From: Pristiophorus japonicus
Lineage: Eukaryota
Direction: 5' to 3'
NCBI RefSeq assembly: GCF_044704955.1
Contig: NC_091997.1
Location: forward strand, 28,272,001 to 28,336,000
Length of the DNA: 64,000 nucleotides
Position numbers and translations under genes: made by a program
Notes under the pieces: generated by a model
Seen by the model: the letters and a program-made list of their open reading frames with translations, nothing else
What the model was told of the DNA's origin: nothing
Database searches by the model: none
Shown here: positions 24,120-36,500 of the stretch, piece by piece
Layout: each line of letters opens with the position of its first letter
Position numbering within the stretch: the stretch's first letter is position 1

Positions 24120-24985
24120 GTTGTGGGCACCACACCTTAGGAAGGAAATATTGTCCTTGGAGGAGTGCAGCGTAGGTTTACCAGAATGATACAACAACAA
24201 CAACTTGTATTTGTATAGCGCCTTTAATGTAGTAAAACATCCCAAGGCGCTTCACAGAAGTGTTATAAGACAAAACAAATAAATTTGACACTGAGCCACA
24301 TAAGAAGAAATTACAGCAGATGACTAAAAGAGGTAGGTTTTAAGGAGCATCTTAAAGAAGGAAAGAGAGGTAGAGAGGTGGTGAGGTTTAGGCGGGGAGT
24401 TCCAGAGTTAGGACCCAGGCAGCTGAAGGTACAGCCACCAATAGTTCAGCAGTTATAATCAGGGATGCACAAGAGGACAGAATTTGAGGAGTGCAGACAT
24501 CTCAGGGGGTTATGAGGCTGAAGGAGATTACAGATACCCAGACTCCAAGGGTTAAATTATGTGGCGAGATAACATAAATTAGGGTTGTATTCATTAGAAT
24601 TTAGAAGGTTAAGGAGTGATTTGATCGAAGTTTTCAAGATATTAAGGGGAACAGATAGGGTAGACAGAGAGAAAATATTTCCGCTGGTTGGGGATTCTAG
24701 GACTAGGGGTATTAGTCTAAAAATGAGAGCCAGACTCTTAAGGAGTGAAATTCTACACACAAAGGGTGACAGAAGTTTTGAGCTCTCTTCTGCAAATGGC
24801 AATTGATGCTGGATCAATTGTTAATTTTAAATTGGAGCAAGACAGATTTTTGTTAACCAAAGGTATTAAGGAATGTGGGTCAAAGACGGGTATATGAAGT
24901 TAGGTTGCAGATCAGCCATGATCTCATTCAATGGCGGAACAGGCTCGAGAGGCGAAATGGCCTCCTCCCGTTTCTATATTCCTAT
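24120..24985 (+). mobile_element. CR1 3' part with a nested minus-strand L2 3' end (about 24193-24537)
   Basis: CR1 motif YSLEFRRLRSDLIEVFK; the L2 insert is bounded by duplicated GATAC. Confidence 0.8.
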
Positions 24986-25039
24986 GCCTCAGCCTGTCAC
25001 AAAAACCTCGGCTTTGACTGTAAATTTGTGTTGACGGTT

Positions 25040-25465
25040 AGAAAGAAAGACTTGCATTTCTAGAGCACCTTGCATAACCTCACAACATCCCAAAGGGCTT
25101 AACAGTCAATGAAGTACTTTTGAAGTGTAGCCACTGCTGTAATGTAAGGAAATGCCACAGCCAATGTGCACTCAGCAAGCTGTCACAAACGGCATTGGTA
25201 TAAATGATCAGATAATCTGTCTTAATGATGTTGGTTGAGGGATAAATATTGACAGGACAACCCCCTTACTCTTCAAATAGTGCCATGAGGTCCTTTCATC
25301 CATCTGAGAGGGAATCATTTTCACACATCATCTGAAAAATGACACTTACAACAATGCAGCATTCCCTCAGTACTGGACTGCTGTCAGTGTAGATTATGTG
25401 CTTAAATCTCTGAAGTGGGGATTGAATCCAAAATCTCTGATTAAGAGGCAACAATGCTACCGCTG
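25040..25465 (-). mobile_element. DeuSINE/SacSINE1-like SINE (diverged)
   Basis: Reverse complement of the SINE family. Confidence 0.75.
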
Positions 25466-25541
25466 AGATTTTGATTTTAAAACAATAATTATTTAGCACA
25501 AATTAATTTTGTTTTCCCAGTGGAACTGTTGACTAATATTA

Positions 25542-27847
25542 GGCTTGGAAATTCAGGTTATTTGCGCCTCCCATTAGGATCCCCCGGGGGCGCTAATGGG
25601 GTGCAAACAACTTTTCACCCAGGCTCGGTGCCTCTAACGACTCCCGCTAAATTCCACAGGGGATGATGACGTCATCACCGTGCGCAGTGCTCCGTTTTCG
25701 TCCCGGAACAAAAATTGAGAAGCGCCCCCTGATGCTGAGCCGGCCAATGTCCCTGACAGCTTCAGGGGACGTGAACTCGACTGCCGGCCACTCGTGGGGC
25801 ACTGCTTAAAGGGGAGGTGGCAGCCATGTTAAACAAAAATGTGGCATTTTTCAACGCACCCCATTGATGCTGTGATTGCAGGGTCCGTGCCGTGATCGTT
25901 CATAGAAACATAGAAACATAGAAAATAGGTGCAGGAGTAGGCCATTCGGTCCTTTGAGCCTGCACCACCATTCAATAAGATCATGGCTGATCATTCACCT
26001 CAGTACCCATTTCCTGCTTTCTCTCCATACCCCTTGATCCCTTTAGCCGTAAGGGTCATATCTAACTCCCTCTTGAATATATAAGAACATAAGAATTAGG
26101 AACAGGAGTAGGCCATCTAGCCCCTCGAGCCTGCTCCGCCATTCAACAAGATCATGGCTGATCTGGCCGTGGACTCAGCTCCACTTACCCGCCCGCTCCC
26201 CGTAACCCTTAATTCCCTTATTGGTTAAAAATCTATCTATCTGTGACTTGAATACACTCAATGAGCTAGCCTCAACTGCTTCCTTGGGCAGAGAATTCCA
26301 CAGATTCACAACCCTCTGGGAGAAGAAATTCCTTCTCAACTCGGTTTTAAATTGGCTCCCCGTATTTTGAGGCTGTGCCCCCGAGTTCTAGTCTCCCCGA
26401 CCAGTGGAAATAACCTCTCTGCCTCTATCTTGTCTATCCCTTTCATGATTTTAAATGTTTCTATAAGATCACCCCTCATCCTTCTGAACTCCAAGGAGTA
26501 AAGACCCAGTCTGCTCAATCTATCATCATAACGTAACCCCCTCATCTCCGGAATCAGCCTAGTGAATCGTCTCTGTACCCCCTCCAAAGCTAGTATATCC
26601 TTCCTTAAGTAAGGTGACCAAAACTGCACGCAGTACTCCAGGTGCGGCCTCATCAATACCCTATACAGTTGTAGAAGGACTTCCCTTCTTTTGTACTCCA
26701 TCCCTCTCGCAATGAAGGCCAACATTCCATTCACCTTCCTGATTACCTGCTGCACCTGCAAACTAACTTTTTGGGATTCATGCACAAGGACCCCCAGGTC
26801 CCTCTGCACCACAGCATGTTGTAATTTCTCCCCATTCAAATAATATTCCCTTTTACTGTTTTTTTTCCCCAAGGTGGATGATCTCACACTTTCCGACATT
26901 GTATTCCATCTGCAACCTTAGCCCATTCGCTTAACCTAAATAAATCTCTTTGCAGCCTTTCTGTGTCCTCTACACAACCCGCTTTCCCACTAATCTTTGT
27001 GTCATCTGCAAATTTTGTTACACTACACTCTGTCCCCTCTTCCAGGTCATCTATGTATATTGTACACAGTTGTGGTCCTAGCACCGATCCCTGTGGCACA
27101 CCACTAACCACCGATTTCTAACCCGAAAAGGACCCATTTATTCCGACTCTCTGCTTTCTGTTAGCCAGCCAATTCTCTATCCATGCTAATACATTTCCTC
27201 TGACTCCACGTACCTTTATCTTCTGCCAATGAACTGGCATCAACATACTCTCTGTGGCAGGGAATTCCACAGGTTACAACTCTATGAGTGAAGAAGTTTC
27301 TCCTCAGCTAAGTCATAAATGGCCTACCCCTTATCCTTAGACTGTGTCCCCTGGTTCTGGACTTCCCCAACATCGGGAACATTCTTCCCGCATCCAACCT
27401 GTCCAGTCCCATCAAAATCTTATATGTTTCTATGAGATCCCCTGTCATCCTTCTAAACTCCAGTGTATAAAGGCCCAGTCGATCCAATCTCTCCTCTGCT
27501 TGAGTCTGCTTGAGTCCAGGCTGTTGGCATGGCAACCCGCGCTCCCCAGTGGTCCATGGGGGCTCGTATCGTACCTGTAGAGTTCGCAGCTTGGGCCTTT
27601 CTATTTAATAAAAGGAAGAGCCCTTCCTATGCGGCAGCGCTATGCAGCCCAGTGCCAACCGCTGCATCCTGCTCCTGACCCGTCCGCTGCACTACCATCC
27701 CAGAAAGGAGTGCAGCGCGTTATTTTGCACTCTACTTTCTTTTCGGGATGGTAACCCAAATATGTTGAGTGGGGCAAGAATTTTGCGCTTGCCGCAGAAT
27801 GTCCCGCCTCCCAGAGGTTACCGCCTCCAAACGGTATTTCCCCCCCT
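25542..27847. mobile_element. GC-rich MITE-like element split by two nested minus-strand CR1 insertions (25901-27497, inner 26082-27225)
   Basis: GC-rich arms at 25542-25900 and 27498-27847 with weak terminal similarity; outer CR1 resumes at 27226; inner CR1 encodes KFADDTK and RPHLEYCVQFWSP. Confidence 0.7.
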
Positions 27848-27939
27848 TTAAGTCTATTTTGCCAATCTAGCTAGAAGACTAATTTGAGTTATTGGGCCTC
27901 TTGATTGGTTGATGTCGATGTCAATCACAACAATCTTTG

Positions 27940-28075
27940 AAACAAAACTGCAAATGCTGGAAATGCTGAGCAGGTCAGGCAGCATCTTATCTGCTTTCTT
28001 CACAGATGCTGCCTGACCTGTTGTGTGTTTTCAGGATTTACTGTTGTTGTTTCAGATTTCCAGTATCCACTGTAT
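27940..28075. repeat. Inverted repeat built from Penelope-like terminal sequence
   Basis: Perfect 17-bp arms caggtcaggcagcatct (27971-27987) and agatgctgcctgacctg (28004-28020), 16-nt loop. Confidence 0.75.
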
Positions 28076-28414
28076 TTAGCCATTTATATTGAGGTTAAGG
28101 GGAGATTTAGTACAGGTGTTCAAAACCATGAAATGTTCTGATAGAGTAAAGTTCACCCCCAAGTTACACACCATCCTGACTTGGAAGTATATTGCCGTAC
28201 CTTCATTGTCGCTGGGTCAACATCCTGGAATTCCCTCCGTAATATCACTGTGGGAGCACCTTCACCACAAGGACTGCAGTGGTTCAAGAGGGTGGCTCAT
28301 CGCCACCTTCTCAAGGGCAGTTAGAGATGGGCTATACACAGAAAAGGGATCAGAAAATTGATGCGTTGGTCACCCTATGATATTTTCAAACACTGATCTT
28401 CAATTCCACAGCAA

Positions 28415-28767
28415 AGTCAGCTCAGTGACAGTGGGTAGCATCCTTGCCTCTGAGTCAGAAGGTTGTGGGTTCAAGTCCCATTCAAGGAATTTGAGCAGTA
28501 AATCTAGGCTGACACTCCAGTGCAGTGCTGAGGGAGTGCCGCATTGTCGGAGGTGTCATCTTTTGGATGAGATGTAAAGTCGAGGCCCCGTCTGCCCTCT
28601 CAGGTGGACGTAAAAGATCCCATGGCACTATTTTGAAGAAGGGCAGCAGAGTTATCCCTGGTGCCCTGGGCCAATCTGGTCATTATCACATTGCTGTGTG
28701 TGCGAGCTTGCTGTGTGCAAATTGGCTGCCGCGTTTCCCACCTTATAACAATGACTAGGCTTCAAAA
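28415..28767 (+). mobile_element. DeuSINE/SacSINE1-like SINE, 5' part (3' part at 33097-33163), split by CR1
   Basis: Breaks at cttcaaaa and resumes at agtacttcattggctgtaaag. Confidence 0.85.
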
Positions 28768-28905
28768 AGCGAGAGTGGGACCTGAGTAGCGGGGATAAAA
28801 GGAGTGGGGACCCGAGGCCTGAGATCACAGCGAGAGTGGGACCTGAGCAGCGGGGATAAAAGAAGCGGGGATCTGAGGCCTGAGATCACAGCGAGAGTGG
28901 GAGAT
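28768..28905 (+). repeat. 61-bp tandem monomers at the CR1 5' end
   Basis: Units start at 28768, 28829 and 28890 (agcgagagtggga...). Confidence 0.85.
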
Positions 28906-29085
28906 CGAGGCCGAAGGTAAAACAAAGAAGTAAAAAGAAATTGAAGTGTGATGTCACAGCCAAGCAGGTAAGTGATTGGCTGGTGGATTGATGAGTATTT
29001 AATCTTTTTTTTCTTGTTTTTATTTCCTTATCAGTAGGTAACCTTTGACATTGTTGCTAAATTAAGTTAATCTAAGGGTTAAGTC

Positions 29086-30032
29086 ATGGCAGGAGAGCTC
29101 GGACACATGTCATGCACCTCCTATGCTATGTGGGAACTCACGGACGCTTCCAGTGTCCCTGACAATTACATGTGCAGGAAGTGTATCCAGCTGCAGCTCC
29201 TGACAGACCACATTGCGGCACTGGAGCTGCGCATGGATCCACTCTGGAGCATCCGTGATGCTGAGGATGTCGTGAATAGCACATTTAGTGAGTTGGTCAC
29301 ACCGCAGGTAAAGGTTACTCAGGCTGATAGGGACTGGGTGACCATCAGACAGAGCAAAGGAAGGAAGGTAGTGCAGGGGTCCCCTGCGGTCATACCCCTC
29401 CAAAACAGATACACCACCTTGGGTGCTGTTGGGGGGGATGACTCATCAGGGGAGGGCAGCAACAGCCAGGTTCATGGCAGCCTGGGTGGCTCTGCTGCAC
29501 AGGAGGCAGGAAAAAAAGTGGGAGAGCTATAGTGGTAGGGGATTCTATTGTAAGGGGAATAGATAGGCATTTCTGCGGCCACAATCGAGACTCCAGGATG
29601 GTATGTTGCCTCCCTGGTGCAAGGGTCAAGGATGTCTCAGAGCGGCTGCAGGACATTTTGAAGGGGGAGGGTGAACAGCCAGTTGTCGTGGTGCATATAG
29701 GTACCAACAATATAGGTAAAAAACGGGATGTGATTCTACAAGCTGAATTTAGGGAAATAGGCATTAAATTAAAAAGCAGGACTTCAAAGGTAGTAATCTC
29801 AGGATTGCTAGCAGTGCCATTTGCTAGTCAGAGTAGAAATAGCAGGATAGCTAAGATGAATATGTGGCTTGAGTTGTGGTGCAGGAGGGAGGGATTCAAA
29901 TTCCTGGGACATTGGAACCGGTTCTGGGGGAAGTGGGACCAGTACAAACCAGACGGTCTGCACCTGGGCAGAACCGGAACCAATGTTCTCGGGGGAGTGT
30001 TTGCTAGTGCTGTTGGGGAGGGGTTAAACTAA
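29086..30032 (+). pseudogene. CR1 ORF1 (zinc finger-like plus SGNH esterase), one frameshift near 29510
   Basis: ORF track 29086-29532 and 29532-30032. Confidence 0.85.
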
Positions 30033-33012
30033 TATGGCAGAGGAATGGGAACCTATGCAGGGAGACTGAGGGAAGTAAAATAGAGGCAGAAGCAAAAGAC
30101 AGAAGGATGAAAAGTAAAAGTGGAGGGCAGAGAAACCCAAGGCAAAAATCAAAAAGGGCTAAATTACAGCAAAATTCTAAAGGGACGAAGTGTGTTAAAA
30201 AGACAAGCCTGAAGGCCCTGTGCCTCAATGCGAGGAATATTCGTAATAAGGTGGACGAATTAACTGTGCAGGCAGCAATTAATGAATATGATATAATTGG
30301 CATCATGGAGACATGGCTCCAGGGTGACCAAGGCTGGGAACTCAACATCCAGGGGTATTCAACATTCAGGAAGGATAGACAGAAAGGAAAAGGAGGTGGG
30401 GTAGCGTTGCTGGTTAAAGAGGAAATTAACGCAAGAGTAAGGAAGGATATTAGCTTGGCTGATGTGGAATCTGTATGGGTAGAGCTGCGGAATACCAAAG
30501 GGCAGAAAATGCTAGTGGGAGTTGTGTACAGACCACCAAACAGTAGTAGTGAGGTTGGGGACAGCATCAAACAAGAAATTAGGGATGCGTGCAATAAAAG
30601 TACAGCAATTATCATGGGCGACTTTAATCTACATATAGATTGGGCTAACCAAACTTGTAGCAATACGATGGAGGAGGATTTCCTGGAGTGTATTTGGGAC
30701 GGTTTTCTGGACCAATATGTCGAGGAACCAACTAGAGGGCTGGCCATCCTAGACTGGGTGATGTGTAATGAGAAAGGACTAATTAGCAATCTTGTTGTGC
30801 GAGTCCCATTGGGGAAGAGTGACCATAATATGGTAGAATTCCTTATTAAGATGGAGAGTGACACAGTTAATTCAGAGACTAGGGTCCTGAAATTAAGGAA
30901 CGGTAACTTCGATGGTCTGAGACGTGAATTGGCTAGAATACACTGGCGAGTGAAACTTAAAGGGTTGACAGTGGATAGGCAATGGCAGACATTTAAAGAT
31001 CACATGGATGAACTTTAACAATTGTACATCCCTGTCTGCAGTGAAAATTAAACGGGAAGATGGTTCAACCGTGGCTAACAAGGGAAATTAGGGATCATGT
31101 TAAATCCAAGGAAGAGGCATATAAATTGGCCAGAAAAAGCAGCAAATCTGAGGACTGGGAGAAATTTTGAATTCAGCAGAGGAGGACAAAGGGTTTAATT
31201 AGGAGGGGGAAAATAGAGTATCAGAGGAAGCTTGCTGGAAACAAAAAAACTGACCGCAAAATCTTCTATAGATATGTAAAGAGAAAAAGATTAGTCAAGA
31301 CAGACATAGATCCCTTGCAGTCAGAATCAGGTGAATTTATAATGGGTAACAAAGAAATGGCAGAGCAATTGAACAAATACTTTGGTTCTGTCTTCATGAA
31401 GGAAGACACAAATAAACTTCCGGAAATACTAGGGGACCGAGGGTCTAGCAAGAAGGAGGAACTGAAGGAAATCCTTATTAGCCAGGAAATTGTATTCAGG
31501 AAATTGATGGGATTGAAGGCCGATAAATCCCCAGGGCCTGATAGTCTGCATCCCAGAGTACTTAAGGAAGTGGCCCTAGAAATAGTGGATGCATTGGTGG
31601 TCATTTTACAACAGTCTATCAACTATGGATCAGTTCCTATGGACTGGAGGGTAGCTAATGTAACACCACTTTTAAAAAAAGGAGGGAGAGAGAAAACGGG
31701 GAATTATAGACCGGTTAGCCTGACATCAGTAGTGGGGAAAATGTTGGAATCAATTATTAAAGATGAAATAGCAGCGCATTTGGAAAGCAGTGACAGGATC
31801 GGTACAAGTCAGCATAGATTTATGAAAGGGAAATCATGTTTGATAAATGTTCTAGAATTTTTTAAGGATGTAACTAGTAGAGTGGACAAGGGAGAACCAG
31901 TGGATGTGGTGTACTTGGACTTTTAAAAGGCTTTTGACAAGGTCCCACACAAGAGATTGTTGTGCAAAATTAAAGCACATGTTATTGGGGGTAATGTATT
32001 GACGTGAATAGAGAACTGGTTGGCAGACAGGAAGCAGAGAGTCGGGATAAACAGGTCCTTTTCAGAATGGCAGGCAGTGACTAGTGGGGTGCCACAGGGC
32101 TCAGTGCTGGGACCCCAGCTATTTACAATATACATCAATGATTTAGATGAAGGAACTGAGTGTAATATCTCCAAGTTTGCAGATGACACTAAGCAGAGTG
32201 GCGGTGTGAGCTGTGAGGAGGATGCTAAGAGGCTGCAGGGTGACTTGGACAGTTAGGTGAGTGGGCAAATGCATGGCAAATGCAGTTTAATGTGGATAAA
32301 TGTGAGGTTATCCACTTTGGTGGCAAAAACAGGAAGACAGAATATTATCTGAATGGCCAGATTAGGAAAAGGGGAGGTACAATAAGACCTGGGTGTCATG
32401 GTACATCAGTCATTGAAAGTTGGCATGCAGGTACAGCAGGCGGTGAAGAAGGCAAATGACATGTTGGCCTTCATAGCTAGGGGATTTGAGTATAGGAGCA
32501 GGGAGGTCTTACTGCAGTTGTACAGGGTTTTGGTGAGGCCTCACCTGGAACATTGTGTTCAGTTTTGGTCTCCTAACCTGAGGGAGGACGTTCTTGCTAT
32601 TGAGCGAGTGCAGCAAAGGTTCACCAGACTGATTCCCGGGATGGCAGGACTGACATATGAGGAGAGACTGGATTGACTGGGCCTTTATACATTGGAGTTT
32701 AGAAGAATGAGAGGGGATCTCATAGAAACATATAAAATTCTGACGGGACGGGACAGGTTAGATGCAGGTAGAATGTTCCAGATGTTGGGGAAGTCCAGAA
32801 CCAGGGGTCACAGTGTAAGGATAAGGGGTAAGCCATTTAGGACTGAGATGAGGAGAAACTTCTTAACTCAGAGAGTTGTTAACCTGTGGAATTCTCTACT
32901 GCAGAGAGTTGTTGATGCCAGTTTATTGGATATATTCAAGAGGGAGTTAGATATGGCCCTTACAGCTAAAGGGATCAAGGGGTATGGAGAGAAAGCAGGA
33001 AAGGGGTACTGA
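30033..33012 (+). pseudogene. CR1 ORF2 (endonuclease plus reverse transcriptase), disrupted
   Basis: ORF fragments 30107-31018, 31315-31926, 32020-32256, 32398-32676, 32692-33012. Confidence 0.9.
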
Positions 33013-33214
33013 GGTGAATTATCAGCCATGATCTTATTGAATGGTGGTGCAGGCTCGAAGAGCCGAATGGCCTACCACTGCACCTATTTTCTATGTTAGT
33101 ACTTCATTGGCTGTAAAGCACTTTGGGACGTGAAAGGCGCTATATAGATGCAAGTCTTTTTTTACGCTCGCAGCCCAAAGAATGAATGAAATTTCATTGC
33201 TGCCACTGCAGTGT

Positions 33215-33330
33215 GATCAGCCAATCAGGAGGTTGAGCCAGCAGAGGGCGGGGCTAAGCCCCTGTCCAATCCCGGAGAAGCGTTCACCATGGAAACCGGC
33301 GTGACTGGCAGGCGGCCTGGATTGGCGCTT
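33215..33330 (+). promoter_or_regulatory. RDM1 TATA-less promoter
   Basis: CCAAT at 33221 and 33266, ATTGG at 33321, GC box GGGCGGGG at 33246-33253, X-box-like ttcaccatggaaac at 33283-33296. Confidence 0.6.
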
Positions 33331-33377
33331 GAGGCGGTCGAGCAGCAGATCTGGTAGTGTAGGCCTGGGATAGATTC

Positions 33378-33500
33378 ATGGCTCTCAGTGTCCTGAGTCC
33401 GTTTCAGGCAGAAGTTGTGGATTTTAAATTCCCCATCGGGAATAACAAAACCCTGTTTGTCTGTAATATTCTCCCCAGAGAATCCGAGGCAGCAATTTAT
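33378..33500 (+). CDS. RDM1: RDM1 exon 1
   Basis: MALSVLSPFQAEVVDFKFPIGNNKTLFVCNILPRESEAAIY|gtgagt. Confidence 0.8.
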
Positions 33501-36500
33501 GTGAGTCCCGGGGAGAGGAAAAGAGAAGGAATTGGGGAGGGAACAAGTGGGGAGGGGGAGAGAGAGAGAGAGAACAGGCACTGTTGGAGGGAGGGAGTGA
33601 GAGAGAACGGACACTGCTGGAGGGGGGAGAGAGAGAGAAACCATTGCTGGGGTGGAAGATTGAGGGAGGGAACAGACGCTGCTGGGGGAGAGAGAGAGAG
33701 AGAGAGAGAACAGGCACTGTTAGAGAGAGAGAGAGAGAAACCATTGCTGGGGTGGAGGATTGAGGGAGGGAACAGACGCTGCTGGAGGGGGTGGTGGGGT
33801 GAAGGGATTGGAGAGTGAACAGGCACTGATTGGGGGGTGGGGAGGAGGAGAGAGGGAGAATTGTCCCTGAATTACCAATGTTCTTTTCTGTGTCCATAGG
33901 ACTGCATTTTCAAAGTATTTTCTGAATTTGGACTCCTTTACTTTGTGCGGCTGTGCAGGAATGCTGCCGTCGCCGAACCAGGTTATTACGCCGTTGTCAA
34001 ATTCTATTCAGCGGTGGATGCTAGCAGCGCCCTGAATGGTACAAATAAGCAGTGTTTGTTTCAAGAGGTTCCTTTGAAGGTGAGCATAAATTGAAAATTA
34101 CCTGGATTTTATAGGAATCAAATCCTCGTTCACTTTGAGTACCACAGGTCTCATTCAACAGGGTTTCCATTGTCCATATCCTCCAGAATAAAGCATTGTT
34201 CCAATAGTGTTTTGTGACTCCTACAGACTTCCATTAAGCCCGATTCCCTTACTTTGTAGCCTTTATTTCACTTAGTTTTTTCCTTTTTTAGTTTAATACC
34301 GTTCTGCATTATCTACTTGCAACCCAGTTTTCAATGGCAAGTCTGAAATGCACCTGGAAAAAGAAAAAAGGAAAAACCTGCACTTGTATAGTGCCTTTCA
34401 CGACCACTGGATGTCCCAAATGCTTTGCAGTCAATGAAATACTTTTGAAGTGTATATTGACCAGATAATCTGTTTTACTGATGTTGGTTGAGAGATAAAT
34501 ATTGGCCAGGACACCAGGGATAACTCCTTGTTCCTTTTCGAAATAGTGCCATGAGATCTTTTACGTCCACCTTAGAGAGCAGAGGGGGGCCTCGATTTAA
34601 TGTCTCATCCGAAAGACAGCATCTCAGACAGTGCAGCACTCCCTCAGCACTGCACTGGAGTGTCAGCCTAGATGTTTGTGCTCAAGTGTCTGGAGTGGGA
34701 CTTGAACCTACAACCTTCTGACTCAGAGGCAAGTGTGCTACCCACTGAGCCACAGCTGACATGAATTAAAGCAAGACATTTTCCTCAATTCATATCAAAT
34801 CTCAGGACCATAAATACATGGCAATTCAATCGTGCAGTAATGTGTGTAATCAATTGTAAAATTCCAGTTTGTCCTGAATGTTTTTACTAGTTTTATTATT
34901 TCTGTGGAATCAAATCTATTGGTCCAGAATTTGCGGTGGGTAATGACAGCAACCTGTCAGCATGTGCGCCATCATTACCCCTCTGAATCTGACCGTAACT
35001 TCAGGATTTAGTGCGTGTGCAGCTAAATGGGGAAATCCTGGCGTTGTCAGTTATTCCCTTACAGCTGGCAGTCAGTGGAACTGACACAAACTTGAGCTTT
35101 TCCTCGCTAATATCGCCGGTAAATACCGCATTAAATGTTGTCTCGTTGGAATAGGTGTAACTGGGGCACTGGAGAGGGTACAGAGGAGATTTAATAGGAT
35201 GTTGCCTGGACTGGATAATTTTAGCTATGAGGAAAATTGGATAGGCTGGGATTGTTTTCTTTGGAACAGAGGAGAGGCTCAGGGGAGATTTAATTGAGAT
35301 GTATAAATTGAGGGGCCTAGATAGAGTGGATAGGAAGGACCTATTTCCCTTAGCAGAGAAATCAATACCAGGGGGTATAGATTTAAAGTAATTGGTAGGA
35401 GATTTAGAGGGGATTTGAGAAGAATTTTTTTCACCGAGGGTGGTGGGGGTCTGGAACTCGGGTTGAAAGGGTAGTAGAGGCAGAAACCCTCATAACATTT
35501 AAAAAGTACTTGGATGTGCACTTGAAGTGTTGTAACCTCCATGGCTACAGACAAAGAGCTGGAAAGTGGGATTGGGCTGGATAACACTTTGTCGGCCGGC
35601 ATGGACACGACAGGCCGAATCGACTCCTTCTGTGCTATAAATTTCTATGATTCTATGAACAGCTTATTAACTGCTAAACAACCATTCTGGCCCTGAAAAA
35701 CTAATTTTATATTTGTGGAATGTCAAACTTCTCTGATTTAAAAAAAAAAAACCTTTTTGTTAAAGTTTGTTCATGATATTTCAGCTTCCACCTTGTCCCC
35801 ATGTGTATGTCCCAATCTTTATTTCGAACTGAAACATTTTTTTTAAACTGCAGATAATCCATGCTTTTATTTTCTGGTTTGCTTGCTTGAGAATTCTTCA
35901 ATGTGATTGCTTAGATAGCTTGATGACATCACTGCTGTTCTACGCTAGGAATCCCCTATTGACAGCGCTACAGTCAATTTCACGTCGAGGAAGCTTAGGG
36001 TTTCGCCATAGAAATTGCGAGATCTCTGTAGGCAGCTTTGTTCAAGATCAGTGGCGATCGCCGTCATTTCACCGCTGACCACAAATTATGGGCCAGTGTG
36101 TTGCAGTGCTGCACACTCTGACTAACTAGCGGTTAATGGAATCATCATCTTAGGCAGTCCCTCGGAATCGAGGAAGACTTGCTTCCACTCTTAAAATGAA
36201 TCCTTAGGTGGCTGAACAGTCCAATATGAGAATCACAGTCCCTGTCACAGGTGGGACAGATAGTCGTTGAGGGAAGGAGTGGGTGGGACAGGTTTGCTGT
36301 ACACTCTTTCCGCTGCCTGCACTTGATTTCTGCATGCTCTCGGCGATGAGACTCGAGGTGCTCAGCGCCCTTCCGGATGCACTTCCTCCACTTGGGGCCG
36401 TCTTTGGCCAGGGACTCCCAGGTGTCAGTGGGGAAGTTGCACTTTTTCAGGGAGGCTTTGAGGGTGTCCCTGTAACGTTTCCTCTGCCCGCCTTTGACTC

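Larger units (their letters stand above)
28768..33096 (+). mobile_element. Near full-length CR1 LINE (about 4.3 kb), inactivated
   Basis: 5' tandem 61-bp units; ORF1 with Cys-rich finger and SGNH esterase (VGDSIVRG, VHIGTNN, DGLHL); ORF2 with APE endonuclease (IMGDFN, SDHNMV) and RT ([15 protein letters not shown]); stops and frameshifts; tail ttttctatgtt. Confidence 0.95.

Noticed and set aside
30004-30864. 286-aa minus-strand ORF
   Set aside because: Antisense shadow of the CR1 endonuclease region; no independent protein features
33225-33897. Overlapping 109-157 aa ORFs rich in S/L/P or E/R/G
   Set aside because: Translations of the GA-rich intron repeat; only 33378-33500 is supported as coding
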